Sequence record: SRR31156797_8021
DNA length: 54,523 nucleotides
Strand: one strand, 5' to 3'
Shown here: one piece after another, positions 37,466 to 47,900 of the stretch
How positions within the stretch are numbered: position 1 is the stretch's first letter
Layout: the number at the start of each line of letters is the position of its first letter
Translations under genes and position numbers: made by a program
Notes under the pieces: generated by a model
What the model was told of the DNA's origin: nothing
The model's input: only the letters and a program-made list of their open reading frames with translations
Databases searched by the model: none

Positions 37466-38549
37466 GTAATATATTTTTTAAATGTTTCACAATTCTATGG
37501 GCAACTTTTCCATCAACGTCGCCAACAACTTTTTTAACCAAACTCATTCGCTGGTCAAGCATTTTACTAGGATTCTCTAAATTTTCTTTTAAAAGCTCAA
37601 CCATCTGCTTATCATTATAAGCATTATCACCCACTTCCCAAAGATCAAAATTAAGCAGATCTAATCTGCCATTCAATTTATTAGGCATTAATTTATAATA
37701 CCATCTCGATTTTACAAATCGATTTACCACTACTGGTTTACCCATCGCTGCAAATTCATAAATGGCAGCTGAAAAATCTGAGACCAGAATATCAGCTACA
37801 AGCATAAATGGAATAAGAGAATTTTCCGATAGATCTGCAAAATACACATTATCGTACTTATTCCAATTCTTAATCAATTCAAATTCCTTTATATACCTCT
37901 TCCTCATATAAATATAAAAATGAGGTTTAATAAGGATGTTATACTCACTCAGCAATTCAGGAAAGTTTTCAGATATCTTTCTAATTGATGAAGGATAAAA
38001 GGTTGGCGCATAAAGAATAGTTTTCTTTTTAGGATCTAAACTGTATTTTTCTTTTAAATCCTGAATCTCTTTTGGATTTTCTTGTAGTAAAGAATCCAAT
38101 TTAGAATACCCTACTACAACAGTATTATCCCTTTTATCTGGATGAGCCCGAAGAATATTCTCACGAATAAATTCAGTCTCAACAAATCGAATATCAAATT
38201 CAGTATGAGTATCTCTTAAATAAACATTTTTACCTCCCCAACAACCATGAAAAATGGATACTGCTTTTTGATAATCTATATTTGTAGGTATTAATGCATT
38301 TCCAAATATTAAAAATTTACAAACTAAATCTTCTCTTGGTAATAAGTAATACTCAATGGAACGTTTCTTACAAAAAGCAATAGTGGTTTTATTTTGTTCC
38401 TGTATATTTCTTGATTTTTCCTCTGGAATTACAACAGCAAAACTTAAGGAGTTAGCATTCATCTCATCCATAACAGATATGAAATGAGGCAAGTAATAAT
38501 TATTCTCTAAATAAAATAAAGCAAAAAAAGAATTTAACTGACTCTGCAT
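37458..38549 (-). CDS. CDP-glycerol glycerophosphotransferase (TagB/TagF-like) family protein
   Basis: FHG, VGYSKLD, ILYAPTF, IKPH and ADILVSDFS motifs. Overlaps the aepX start. Confidence 0.88.
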   Translation of the reverse strand: MQSQLNSFFALFYLENNYYLPHFISVMDEMNANSLSFAVVIPEEKSRNIQEQNKTTIAFCKKRSIEYYLLPREDLVCKFLIFGNALIPTNIDYQKAVSIFHGCWGGKNVYLRDTHTEFDIRFVETEFIRENILRAHPDKRDNTVVVGYSKLDSLLQENPKEIQDLKEKYSLDPKKKTILYAPTFYPSSIRKISENFPELLSEYNILIKPHFYIYMRKRYIKEFELIKNWNKYDNVYFADLSENSLIPFMLVADILVSDFSAAIYEFAAMGKPVVVNRFVKSRWYYKLMPNKLNGRLDLLNFDLWEVGDNAYNDKQMVELLKENLENPSKMLDQRMSLVKKVVGDVDGKVAHRIVKHLKNILHE

Positions 38550-38577
38550 ATCTAGTCTTTTTATAAAATTGAAGATC

Positions 38578-39960
38578 TTATTTAAAAATTCCGGACTTAG
38601 ACAATCTAATAAAAAATCCTAAGTTATCCTTTAAAAGTTCTCCCTTATCAACAGCACATGCTAAATCTATTTTAAAAGGAAGTTTCCTTGCAGGTATAGT
38701 CATTTCCATGACTCCAGAAAACTGATTTAAACTTGAAGTATACGGACTTGAATAGGTACCATAATTCTTACTGAAAGTAAAATATGTCTTGTATGGCAAT
38801 CCGAGTAAATGCCCCATAAGACCTATATGAACAGCTTTAAATCTGTTATTTTCAATTACAGTGTGACCATCTTTATATCCTGTTGTAAACAATGGTGATC
38901 CAATTGTTCTTCCATGATGAGTCCATCCCGAGCGATATTCGCTATGGTTAAAATAATTATCTCGTCCTCCAATAATATGGTCTCCTTTCTGAAAAACAGA
39001 TCCTCCCTGATCAGTTGTATGATAAAATTCAAATAGTGCAGATTGAATTAATGACTTTTCATTCTTATTATTTTTGAAATATAAACCGTACAATCCATCT
39101 GGTAAGTTATTCATTCTTTTACCCGACCCATCTTCAAAAACTGTTTGATAGTAAGCATTCAAACTAAAATTCTTGTCATTATAATATAAGTCGAAACGGT
39201 AACTTCCAATGTGATTACCTAAGCGATACTCATCGTTACCAAATGTTCCAGCATCATCCCCTTCGATTTTAAATATTTTCATATATTTTGAAAATGATCC
39301 TGAAATATCGCCGTTTATAGGGTGTGTTCCTGCCCACAAGGCATAATGCTCGATACCAGCACTTGCGCTAAATTTATAATCTTTAAATATTCTTAAATAA
39401 AAGTTTTTGTGATGTATCCTTGCATTATCAATATATCTATTGTCGGTTGTAATTCCATCAGACAACAAGCCTTTAAACGAAATTAATCCATTGGTATAAG
39501 GCACACCTGTCCAATCTGAAACACTTAATTCGTATTTAGGATAGGCACGTGAATTATTTGAATACATTAAATCCCCATTCGTTGATGATAGTCCATCCTT
39601 AAGTATAGAATTGTTTTTCTGTCCGATATATAAATTAAATATTTTCCATTTTAAACCAACATAAGCCTCATCCAAGATTAAATTTGATTCATGACCTGAG
39701 TACGCAACACCACTTGTTTTCCACATGAAATCAATTTCTCTTTCATTATTTTCGTTGTAATCCATCCCAAATGAAATATCTCCCATTATAAATCCTTTGT
39801 CTGGAACTCTTCCATTTTTGTTAGAATGTAACCAAAACGGTAAATTTTTATTTGTCCCTACAGCTGATGAAATCCCCACTTCATATTTGGTTTTCTTTTG
39901 TGCAAAGATCACAACACAAATCATCATCAAAGAAGCTAACAGAAAGGCTTTCAATTTCAT
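38578..39960 (-). CDS. Capsule assembly Wzi-family outer membrane protein
   Basis: Signal peptide, LPFWLHSN, HHKNFY, LGNHIGS and DNYFNH..YRSGWT..G.TIGSPLF motifs typical of Bacteroidota Wzi-like proteins. Confidence 0.85.
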   Translation of the reverse strand: MKLKAFLLASLMMICVVIFAQKKTKYEVGISSAVGTNKNLPFWLHSNKNGRVPDKGFIMGDISFGMDYNENNEREIDFMWKTSGVAYSGHESNLILDEAYVGLKWKIFNLYIGQKNNSILKDGLSSTNGDLMYSNNSRAYPKYELSVSDWTGVPYTNGLISFKGLLSDGITTDNRYIDNARIHHKNFYLRIFKDYKFSASAGIEHYALWAGTHPINGDISGSFSKYMKIFKIEGDDAGTFGNDEYRLGNHIGSYRFDLYYNDKNFSLNAYYQTVFEDGSGKRMNNLPDGLYGLYFKNNKNEKSLIQSALFEFYHTTDQGGSVFQKGDHIIGGRDNYFNHSEYRSGWTHHGRTIGSPLFTTGYKDGHTVIENNRFKAVHIGLMGHLLGLPYKTYFTFSKNYGTYSSPYTSSLNQFSGVMEMTIPARKLPFKIDLACAVDKGELLKDNLGFFIRLSKSGIFK

Positions 39961-39989
39961 TATTCTAATATTTAAATTTTAAAAGTGAA

Positions 39990-39997
39990 CAAAGATA
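39990..39997 (-). promoter_or_regulatory. Bacteroidota -7 box of the wzi-phosphonate operon
   Basis: TATCTTTG on the minus strand, 29 nt upstream of the ATG. Confidence 0.6.
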
Positions 39998-40110
39998 AGT
40001 ATTATAATCTGAGATACTCAGAACCTTGTTTAATTTATCATTTTTTTCAAACAAATACTTAAACGAAATGATTCATGTAATATTGAGTAAGAGTGTATTT
40101 TTTGTTTTCT

Positions 40111-40136
40111 TTGCATAAAATCTCAAGTTTATGCAA
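40111..40136. repeat. 9-bp perfect inverted repeat with 8-bp spacer
   Basis: TTGCATAAA-ATCTCAAG-TTTATGCAA in the divergent promoter region. Confidence 0.55.
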
Positions 40137-40301
40137 TTAGTTACAATCAACTCACTCATTATGCCAAAGGGAATTTATAATAATTTATCCATAGACAATA
40201 ATGATGTAATCGAATTGATGAATTAATTGATAACGTTCTATTTCCGTTAAAGGAAATAAAATTGTCTATAAGCATAATAAATAAAACATTATAAGAATTA
40301 T

Positions 40302-41336
40302 ATGAAAATTGTATTATTTTGTGAGCAGAAGTATACCATCTCAATGGTAAAACCAATACATGAACAAGCTATTTTAGAAGGTTGTCATGAAATATTGTGG
40401 TATATCCATAAAAATAATATTTCAGAATTTAGTTTGGATGTTCCTTGGACGAATAATATTAATGATATCTATGAATTCTCTCCTGATGCAATTTTTGTTC
40501 CATGTAATGTTGTTCCTTATGATTTACCTGGGGTAAAAATTCAAATTTCACATGGGTATGAATGTGGAGAAAAACGTTACTTTCGAATTCGGGATTATTT
40601 TGATTTGTACTTAACCCAAGGACCATATTTTACAGATGGATATAAAAAAGCACTTAAAAACAAACGCAAAGCTGAAGTAGTTGAAACTGGTTGGTCGCGA
40701 AGAGATGGAATTATTCGAGATTTAAATAAATACGATGATTATAAACAAGACCTTCTTACAAAATACAATAAAGAAAAAATTGTTTTATATGCTCCAACTT
40801 TTCCTCCGTCTATAACTTCTTTGCCTTACTTGCAAGAAGGAATTCAAAAATTCGTTGAAGAACGAGATGATGTTTTGCTAATTCTTAAATTTCATCCTTT
40901 AACAGATAAGAAATGGATGAAAGCATATGAAAATATTGCAAACAATAATAAAAATATGCTGTGGATGGCAGATGTGGATATCAACAAATTCTTATTAATT
41001 TCGGATGTAATGATTAGCGATTCATCGTCTGTTGTTTTTGAGTTTCTGTTTCTTAACAAGCCAGTAATAACCTTTAACAATGCTTCGAAAGTAAAATATT
41101 GGCGAAACATTAACAATCCATTACTTCTAGCTGATGCTTTTAATAAAGAAATTACACTGGATGAATTTGCCAATAAACGTAAAGAAGCAATTCTATACTT
41201 TGATCCCTATTCTGATGGAAACTCATGTAAGAGAATGTTAACTGCAGCTCAAAATTACATTGATCAATTTGGAGTTCCTGAAAAAAGAAATCTAGGTTAT
41301 TTCAGAAGAAAAAAATCCTTAAAAAGATTTAAATAA
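40302..41336 (+). CDS. CDP-glycerol glycerophosphotransferase (TagB/TagF-like) family protein
   Basis: QISHG, FDLYLTQGPYFT, VETGW, VLYAPTF, KFHPL and SDVMISDSSSV motifs. Confidence 0.9.
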   Translation: MKIVLFCEQKYTISMVKPIHEQAILEGCHEILWYIHKNNISEFSLDVPWTNNINDIYEFSPDAIFVPCNVVPYDLPGVKIQISHGYECGEKRYFRIRDYFDLYLTQGPYFTDGYKKALKNKRKAEVVETGWSRRDGIIRDLNKYDDYKQDLLTKYNKEKIVLYAPTFPPSITSLPYLQEGIQKFVEERDDVLLILKFHPLTDKKWMKAYENIANNNKNMLWMADVDINKFLLISDVMISDSSSVVFEFLFLNKPVITFNNASKVKYWRNINNPLLLADAFNKEITLDEFANKRKEAILYFDPYSDGNSCKRMLTAAQNYIDQFGVPEKRNLGYFRRKKSLKRFK

Positions 41337-42073
41337 TGCGATACGAAATAAATCCTTCCTACAGTCTTCTTGAAGAGAAGATACTTGACATTCCTCGTAT
41401 ATTTGAAAATGAAGGACAAGTGATTCAAGATGGTCGAAATCTAATTAAATCAATTAAAATAGATGATTTAATATTTAATATTAAATCATTTAAAACTCCT
41501 AACTTAATCAACAAGTATGCTTATCGTTACTTAAGAAAATCAAAGGCTAAAAGATCTTTTCAATATGGTTCTAAGTTGTTAAAATTAGGAGTTTCAACTC
41601 CAGATCCAGTAGCTTATATAGAGTACTCTAAACTTGGCGGATTGACCAGAAGTTATTATATTTCAATACAAGCTGAATATGATTACACATTCAGGGAACT
41701 AATTGGTCAAAACATTGAAAACATAAACGATGTGTTGATTGAATTCACCAGATTTACATACAACTTCCATAAGCAAGGAATTTATTTCATTGATCATTCT
41801 CCTGGGAATACACTAATAAAAGAAAACGATTCTGGTTTTAACTTTTATCTAGTCGATCTTAATCGAACCAAATTTACTTCTATTGATATAGATTTGGGCA
41901 TAAAAAACTTCTACAGGCTAGGCTCTACTAAAGAAATGGTAGAAGTAATGGCAAAAGAATATGCAAAACTTTGGAATACGGATGAAAATTCTGTTATTGA
42001 AAAAATGATGCAACTAACAATGTCTCATAATGAAGCAATTAAGAAAAGAAAAGCTAAAAAGAAGAAAGCATAA
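41336..42073 (+). CDS. Lipopolysaccharide kinase (Kdo/WaaP/InaA family)
   Basis: GRNLIK, IKSFK, RKSKAKRSF, TPDPVAY, DHSPGNTL and LVDLNR motifs. TAATG coupling with the upstream gene. Confidence 0.88.
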   Translation: MRYEINPSYSLLEEKILDIPRIFENEGQVIQDGRNLIKSIKIDDLIFNIKSFKTPNLINKYAYRYLRKSKAKRSFQYGSKLLKLGVSTPDPVAYIEYSKLGGLTRSYYISIQAEYDYTFRELIGQNIENINDVLIEFTRFTYNFHKQGIYFIDHSPGNTLIKENDSGFNFYLVDLNRTKFTSIDIDLGIKNFYRLGSTKEMVEVMAKEYAKLWNTDENSVIEKMMQLTMSHNEAIKKRKAKKKKA

Positions 42074-42103
42074 CCAGATATCTTACATGCAAAGAGAATT
42101 TAT

Positions 42104-42655
42104 TTAGTCTCTTTGCATTTTTATGTATTCACGAATAATTATAGGGATGGATCCTGAACAAACATTATCAAAATCAATCTCTGAAAACTTATAAAACTTA
42201 AATGCTGAAATATCATCCTTAGCGTGCATTTCACTAAAATTATTTACAGAACATATAAAAGCCAAATCAATTGTAAATACTGAAATTCCACCAAAAATAT
42301 ATTCATTTGGAAAAGACATAAAATACTTCATGCTTTTCACATGTAAATTCAACTCTTCCTTAATTTCTCTAGAGACAGCATTTTCTACAGTTTCCATCAC
42401 ATCCACAAAACCGCCTGGCAAATCGAGCATTCCTTTTTGAGGTTCAATGGCTCTTTGGGTGAGCAGTATTTCCCCTTTATCATTTACAATTAACGCAGCC
42501 ACAGCAGCCGCTGAATTTATATACAAATGAAACTTACAGTTTTCGCAAAGAAATGAGTTATCCTCTCGATATTTGAAATTTGCACTTCCACACTTCGGGC
42601 AAAAAGCAATAACATTTTCCGGATGTGTATTTTTATTAACAAGATTCATAAACAT
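42104..42655 (-). CDS. NUDIX hydrolase with N-terminal zinc ribbon
   Basis: CPKCG...CENC and Nudix box GGFVDVMETVENAVSREIKEEL. Confidence 0.92.
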   Translation of the reverse strand: MFMNLVNKNTHPENVIAFCPKCGSANFKYREDNSFLCENCKFHLYINSAAAVAALIVNDKGEILLTQRAIEPQKGMLDLPGGFVDVMETVENAVSREIKEELNLHVKSMKYFMSFPNEYIFGGISVFTIDLAFICSVNNFSEMHAKDDISAFKFYKFSEIDFDNVCSGSIPIIIREYIKMQRD

Positions 42656-42875
42656 TGATTTTTTTGAAGAATAACAAATCTAAAAGAATGATTTCTGTTA
42701 ACCAACAAACCGAATATTTTTTCATTGCAACAGTTCAATTCTTAATTTCGCGCATTTAAAACAAGAATTCTACTATTCCATTATGCTGGTAAGTTTCTTA
42801 TTTGGATTGAAATCAAACTAAGTAATCTATACTGTATTTGTAGTGATTATTTTAAAAAGTTACTACTTTTAGCAA

Positions 42876-43072
42876 GAAGCAAGTAACAAATGGGAACGGT
42901 CAACCTCATTTTTTTCACATCCTGATATTAATTTCGGGGTTGTATCTTATTCAAATTGAATGGTCGCTAATTTTAATTGGACAAGATATTCAGACCGCCC
43001 ATTATGTAAGCAACTAACCCAAATACCATAAACCCAAAAAAGGCAAAACTTCTTTAAAGTTCTGCCTTTTTT
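42876..43072 (+). ncRNA. Candidate structured small RNA (or structured small-peptide mRNA)
   Basis: -7-like TACTTTTA at 42864, long-range closing stem and two internal hairpins with plus-strand G-U pairs. Ends at a bidirectional terminator. Confidence 0.4.
43036..43072. terminator. Bidirectional intrinsic terminator downstream of ggt
   Basis: AAAAAAGGCAAAACTT-CTTTA-AAGTTCTGCCTTTTTT. Confidence 0.85.
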
Positions 43073-43077
43073 ACTTT

Positions 43078-44778
43078 CTAATAACCAATTGCTTTGCTGT
43101 CTTTATGCCTGATAGTATCCGCACAACCAATAACATCTCCATTCTCCTGAACGAAAATATTCGCCATCATTCCAATTTTACTCTGATCTATAATCACATG
43201 ACCCATATTCTCTAATTTCTTTCTGGTAAGATCATCAATTGCCTTTGGTTCAATATAAATTTCATCAGGAAGCCACTGAGAATGCATTCTTGGTGCATTT
43301 ACACACTCTTGGGGAGTCATTTCAAATTCCAGTGCATTAATCACATTTTGAAAAACTGATGTAATAATAGTAGATCCTCCTGGAGTACCTAAGATCATTA
43401 ATAATTTTCCATCTTTTTCCACAATGGTAGGTGTCATACTACTTAGCATTCTTTTCTCGGGCTGAATTGCATTTGCCATTCCTCCAACTAAACCAAACTG
43501 ATTTGGAACTCCGGGTTTAATGCTAAAATCATCCATCTCATTATTCAATAAGAATCCGGCTCCATCAACCACCACCTTACAACCATAGTTGCCATTCAGT
43601 GTTGTGGTGATAGCTATCGCATTCCCAGCTTTATCTGCTATAGAAAAATGTGTGGTTTCAAAACTCTCAATTACATTTACTTCTCCAGCTTTAATTTCCT
43701 GAGAATCTGATTTTTTATCTATACTAATATCTGAAAATCTCTCATCCAGGTATACATCGCTAATTAATCGGGATGTTGGAACATCATAAAAATCAGGATC
43801 ACCCAACCATGTTGCTCTATCGGCATACACTCTTCGTTCCAACTCTGTCATAATATGAAAATGCTCCATTGATGCAAATCCATAATTCCTCAAATCAAAT
43901 TTTTCTACGCCCTTTAACAATTGAATCAATGCAATTCCACCACTTGAAGGAGGTGGCATTGAAATAATTTTACAATCACGATATTTCCCAACAAGTGCCT
44001 CTCGCCAAATGGCTTTATACTTCTTTAAATCTTCATTTGTAATAATTCCATTTCCTCTTTGAATTTCATTTATTAACAACTCCGCAGTTTTACCACCGTA
44101 AAACCCCTCTCTTTTATCAAGCTGTATTCGCTTCAAAGTTTCCTTCAACTCCGGTTGCTTAAGAATATCTCCTTTTAAAAACAGAGTATCCTTTACATAT
44201 CTAATTTCTTTTTTTCCTGGATTCTGTGTTAATATTCTTTCGCGATAATCATTTAACTTATTCGCTTCAAGTTCAGTCAATTTAATTCCATTGCCTGCAA
44301 AATCAATAGCTGGTTGCAGTAATTTCTCCCATTGTATGCTTCCATATTTTTTATGCAATTCACACATTCCATCTACACTACCTGGAACACCAACAGCCAA
44401 ATGTCCCTTTTGACCAAGGCTTGTAAGCGCATTTCCAGAGCTATCAACATACATATTTTCATATGCCGCTAAGGGAGCCTTTTCGCGAAAATCAAGAGTA
44501 TTGTATTTTCCATCAGCAGTTCTAATAACTGCAAATCCTCCACCTGCAATGTTGCCAGCTCTAGGGTAAACAACCGCAAGAGCAAACTGAACAGCAACAG
44601 CAGCATCGAAAGCATTACCTCCCTGTTTTAAAATATCTGTACCTACTTCTGAAGCCAGAAAATGTGCTGTCACTACCATTCCATTACTGCCCTTTGAATT
44701 CGCTTCTTTTTGCCCACAAGAATATTGCCCAATTAATAAGCACAAAATTAACAGTATCGAATAAGCTTTTTTCATCAT
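43078..44778 (-). CDS. ggt: Gamma-glutamyltransferase (probable lipoprotein)
   Basis: GGNAFDAAVA, DFREKAP, PPPSSGG, autoprocessing ETTHFS, LNNEMDDF, SSMTPT and GTPGGSTI motifs. Confidence 0.97.
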   Translation of the reverse strand: MMKKAYSILLILCLLIGQYSCGQKEANSKGSNGMVVTAHFLASEVGTDILKQGGNAFDAAVAVQFALAVVYPRAGNIAGGGFAVIRTADGKYNTLDFREKAPLAAYENMYVDSSGNALTSLGQKGHLAVGVPGSVDGMCELHKKYGSIQWEKLLQPAIDFAGNGIKLTELEANKLNDYRERILTQNPGKKEIRYVKDTLFLKGDILKQPELKETLKRIQLDKREGFYGGKTAELLINEIQRGNGIITNEDLKKYKAIWREALVGKYRDCKIISMPPPSSGGIALIQLLKGVEKFDLRNYGFASMEHFHIMTELERRVYADRATWLGDPDFYDVPTSRLISDVYLDERFSDISIDKKSDSQEIKAGEVNVIESFETTHFSIADKAGNAIAITTTLNGNYGCKVVVDGAGFLLNNEMDDFSIKPGVPNQFGLVGGMANAIQPEKRMLSSMTPTIVEKDGKLLMILGTPGGSTIITSVFQNVINALEFEMTPQECVNAPRMHSQWLPDEIYIEPKAIDDLTRKKLENMGHVIIDQSKIGMMANIFVQENGDVIGCADTIRHKDSKAIGY

Positions 44779-44882
44779 TAAAATTGATTTTTTAGGTTGA
44801 ATTCCTAAAGATAATACTGTTTACTATTAACAAGAACTTGCTCAAAAAAAATAATCTAGAATTTCTCTCATTTATATTGAAT

Positions 44883-44914
44883 AAAAAGAGCTGCTACAAA
44901 TGCAACAGCTCTTT
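44883..44914 (-). terminator. Intrinsic terminator of the TonB-dependent receptor gene
   Basis: AAAAAGAGCTG...CAGCTCTTT hairpin. Confidence 0.7.
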
Positions 44915-44933
44915 CTTTTTTCACCTCTATTTA

Positions 44934-47900
44934 TTAATTAAAAATATAACGTAATCCTATTTGTAATTGCCATTTAGAATTTACTGATACATCATCAATA
45001 TATGATTCTTTTAAATTTGGATCAAACTGCAACCATGGCGTACCATTATTATCCACTCCGTTAACAGTTATTGGTCGCGTTGTTGTCGCAAACTGACGAA
45101 CTCCCCAATTTGAGCTAAACATATTCCCAATATTCAATACATCAATTGAAAATTGTAAGGTATTTTTCTTACCTCCCACTTCAAAATTATAATCTTGCAT
45201 AAATCTGAAGTCCATTTGACCGTACCATGGCAACATCGCTCCATTACGTTCCGCAAACTTACCTCTTCTGTCTTTCAGATAATCATCCTGACTTATGAAT
45301 GCATCTAAAGCAATCCACTGCTGAGCAGCATCGGCTGCAGCTATACCATTGCCACTGCCATCAACAGTACCAAAATTTATATCATTCGAATTTCTTGGCA
45401 CATAAATAAGATCATTATTGGCAATTGCATCTCCGTTTATATCACCGGTATATGAGTAGGAATAACGATTCCCTTTTCCTGCTTCGTAGAACATAGCAAA
45501 AGAAGAAGCAAATTTTCCATACTTAATTTTATAAAGTGCAGAAGCAATTACTCTATGCTTCAAACCATATCTGGACCATGAATATTCCGGGCTATTAGGA
45601 TTTCCTACAACTGGATTTCGTTGAAATGCATCAGCTGCAATTTCTGCTGGAATTGATGTTAAATCTTTAGCATTTAAATATGTATAAGCAATATCTGTAG
45701 TTAAACCACAATCCCATTTTTTAGCAAGTTTACCCGTTGCTGTAAACTGATATCCTTTACTTGTATTGTCCATTACAATTGCGCCAGCATCTAAAAATGC
45801 CTCGGATTCTGCAGAAGCAGAATAAATATTCACCTCATTAAATCCTGCAAATCTAGCTCTATTATCGCCAGTTCCAGACAATTGTCCCGATGGAGGTAAC
45901 ATATTATAATTTCTATGTACCACAGCATTTACATCTTTCGAATAAATACCCTCAACAGTTGCCAACCAACCATCACCAAACTTAATATCAAGTGCCAAAT
46001 TGTTTTTCCAGACTTGTGGAAATTTGAAATCGCCTGCTGTTGCATTTAACTGAAATTCATATCCTGCATCAATTCGTGCATTGGTTGATTGATTGCCTAG
46101 CCATACAAAAGGGATACGACCGGTAAAAATACCAGAACCTCCTCTAAGTTGCATTGTATTATCCCCTTTAATATCCCAATTAAAACCAAAACGAGGCGAC
46201 CACATTAATTTTGAATCTGGCCACTGAGCAGGATCAAGTCTCACAGAATTTCCTTTTTCGTCAACCCAGCCGTCAAAATCACGACCTCTATTAGTTGTTT
46301 CATCTTGCGGTATATTATTATAATACTTAGGAAAATCAATACGAAGACCAAAGGTAAGTTTTAAATCATCGTTAAACTGAAATTCATCCTGAGCATAAAA
46401 AGCGATCTGTGCAACATCAACATCAGACCATGCAAATGCATTTTGCTGAGCATCGGTCACGTCTTGATTTAAATCATTCGTAGCATTTCCTACAAAATAA
46501 GCAAAGTCATCATTTAAAAAATTCTGGACGCTAAAAGCGTTCACCCAAGGATAATAGAATAAATTGAATGAGTTTTCAAACTTGAATCGCTCATAGTTAA
46601 AACCAACAGTAATTGCATGGCGATCTGAATAATACGTTAAATTATCTGAGATCTGAAATACATCCTGATTTAAGCGATTATTAGTAGAGAACATTTCGGA
46701 ACCCGCCGTTAATGCAACATTACCGTTTAAATCCATAATATCAACAACTGGGAATGGCTTAGAATGTGGATTACGCTTATCACGAAATGCAGTATATCCC
46801 ACTAATAATTTATTAGAAATTTTGCTTGAGAACATGGAATGAAGCTCTCCTACAACAGAATGAATTTCATTAAAAATTCGGTAAGATGAATTTTGGAAAG
46901 GCAGACGAAAACTTGTTGGTCCGCGACCTCCGACTGCTTCCGGGTGAGGAAGAATATCTTTCCAGGCATCAAGCATATTGTAACGCAAGACTAAATTGTG
47001 ATTTCTAGAAAGATTTGCATCCAGCTTAATCAAAAATTTATCATTAGAGGTTTCATGATTGTATCCCTGATATTTTCCAGGATCGTAGCCCCATCGATTA
47101 ATTAAATGCTGCTGAACTGCCATTGCATCAGCTTCTGAAACACTTGTTGTATTCGAATTTCCAGTATTTGAACCATTATCTGCAACAAATCCATGAGCCA
47201 ACTGATCTCTTCTTTCCTGCTCATAGTTAATAAAGAAAAACAGCTTATTTTTTATAATCGGTCCACCAAGACTAATGCCATATTGCTTTGTACTAAAATC
47301 CAGATTCTTAACCTTAAGACCACTCACTTTATCACCAATCATATTTTCGTTTCGAAAATAGTAATAAGTGGATCCTTTAAAATCATTTGTACCCGATTTG
47401 GTAACTGCATTTACACCAGCTCCGGTAAACCCTCCCTCTCGAACATCAAAAGGTGCCAAAGATACTTGAATTTGATCGATTGCATCTAGTGACACAGGTT
47501 GTGCATCAGCCTGTCCTCCAGGAGTTGAAACATCCAGTCCAAATGAATTATTAAAAATAGAACCGTCAAGAGAAAAGTTATTATACAAATTGTTTCGTCC
47601 ACCAAAACTATTGCCATCAGATTCTGGAGTTAATCTTGTCATATCCGACTGACTTCTTGAAATTGTTGGCAAGGCAGCAATTCTCTCTCTATTTACATTA
47701 GTTTGAGCTCCCGTTCTATCCTGACTTATCACATCATTCTTATCGTAAACGACTGTAATCTCATCAATTTGCACATTATCTTCATGTAGGACCAGATTTA
47801 TTTCGGCAGATTTATTTAATTGCAAATAAATATTTTCCTGCTTAGATTCCTTATATCCAATAAAAGTAACGGTAACCGTATAAGGACCTCCAATTTTCAT

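Noticed and set aside
39961-40301. Invertible promoter (Bacteroides-type phase variation) for the glycan operons
   Set aside because: No pair of long inverted repeats flanking a promoter, and no recombinase in the window.
42876-43072. Identification as 6S RNA, a riboswitch, a hammerhead ribozyme or retron msr-msd
   Set aside because: No symmetric central bubble, no downstream same-strand gene, no CUGAUGA/GAAA core and no reverse transcriptase nearby.
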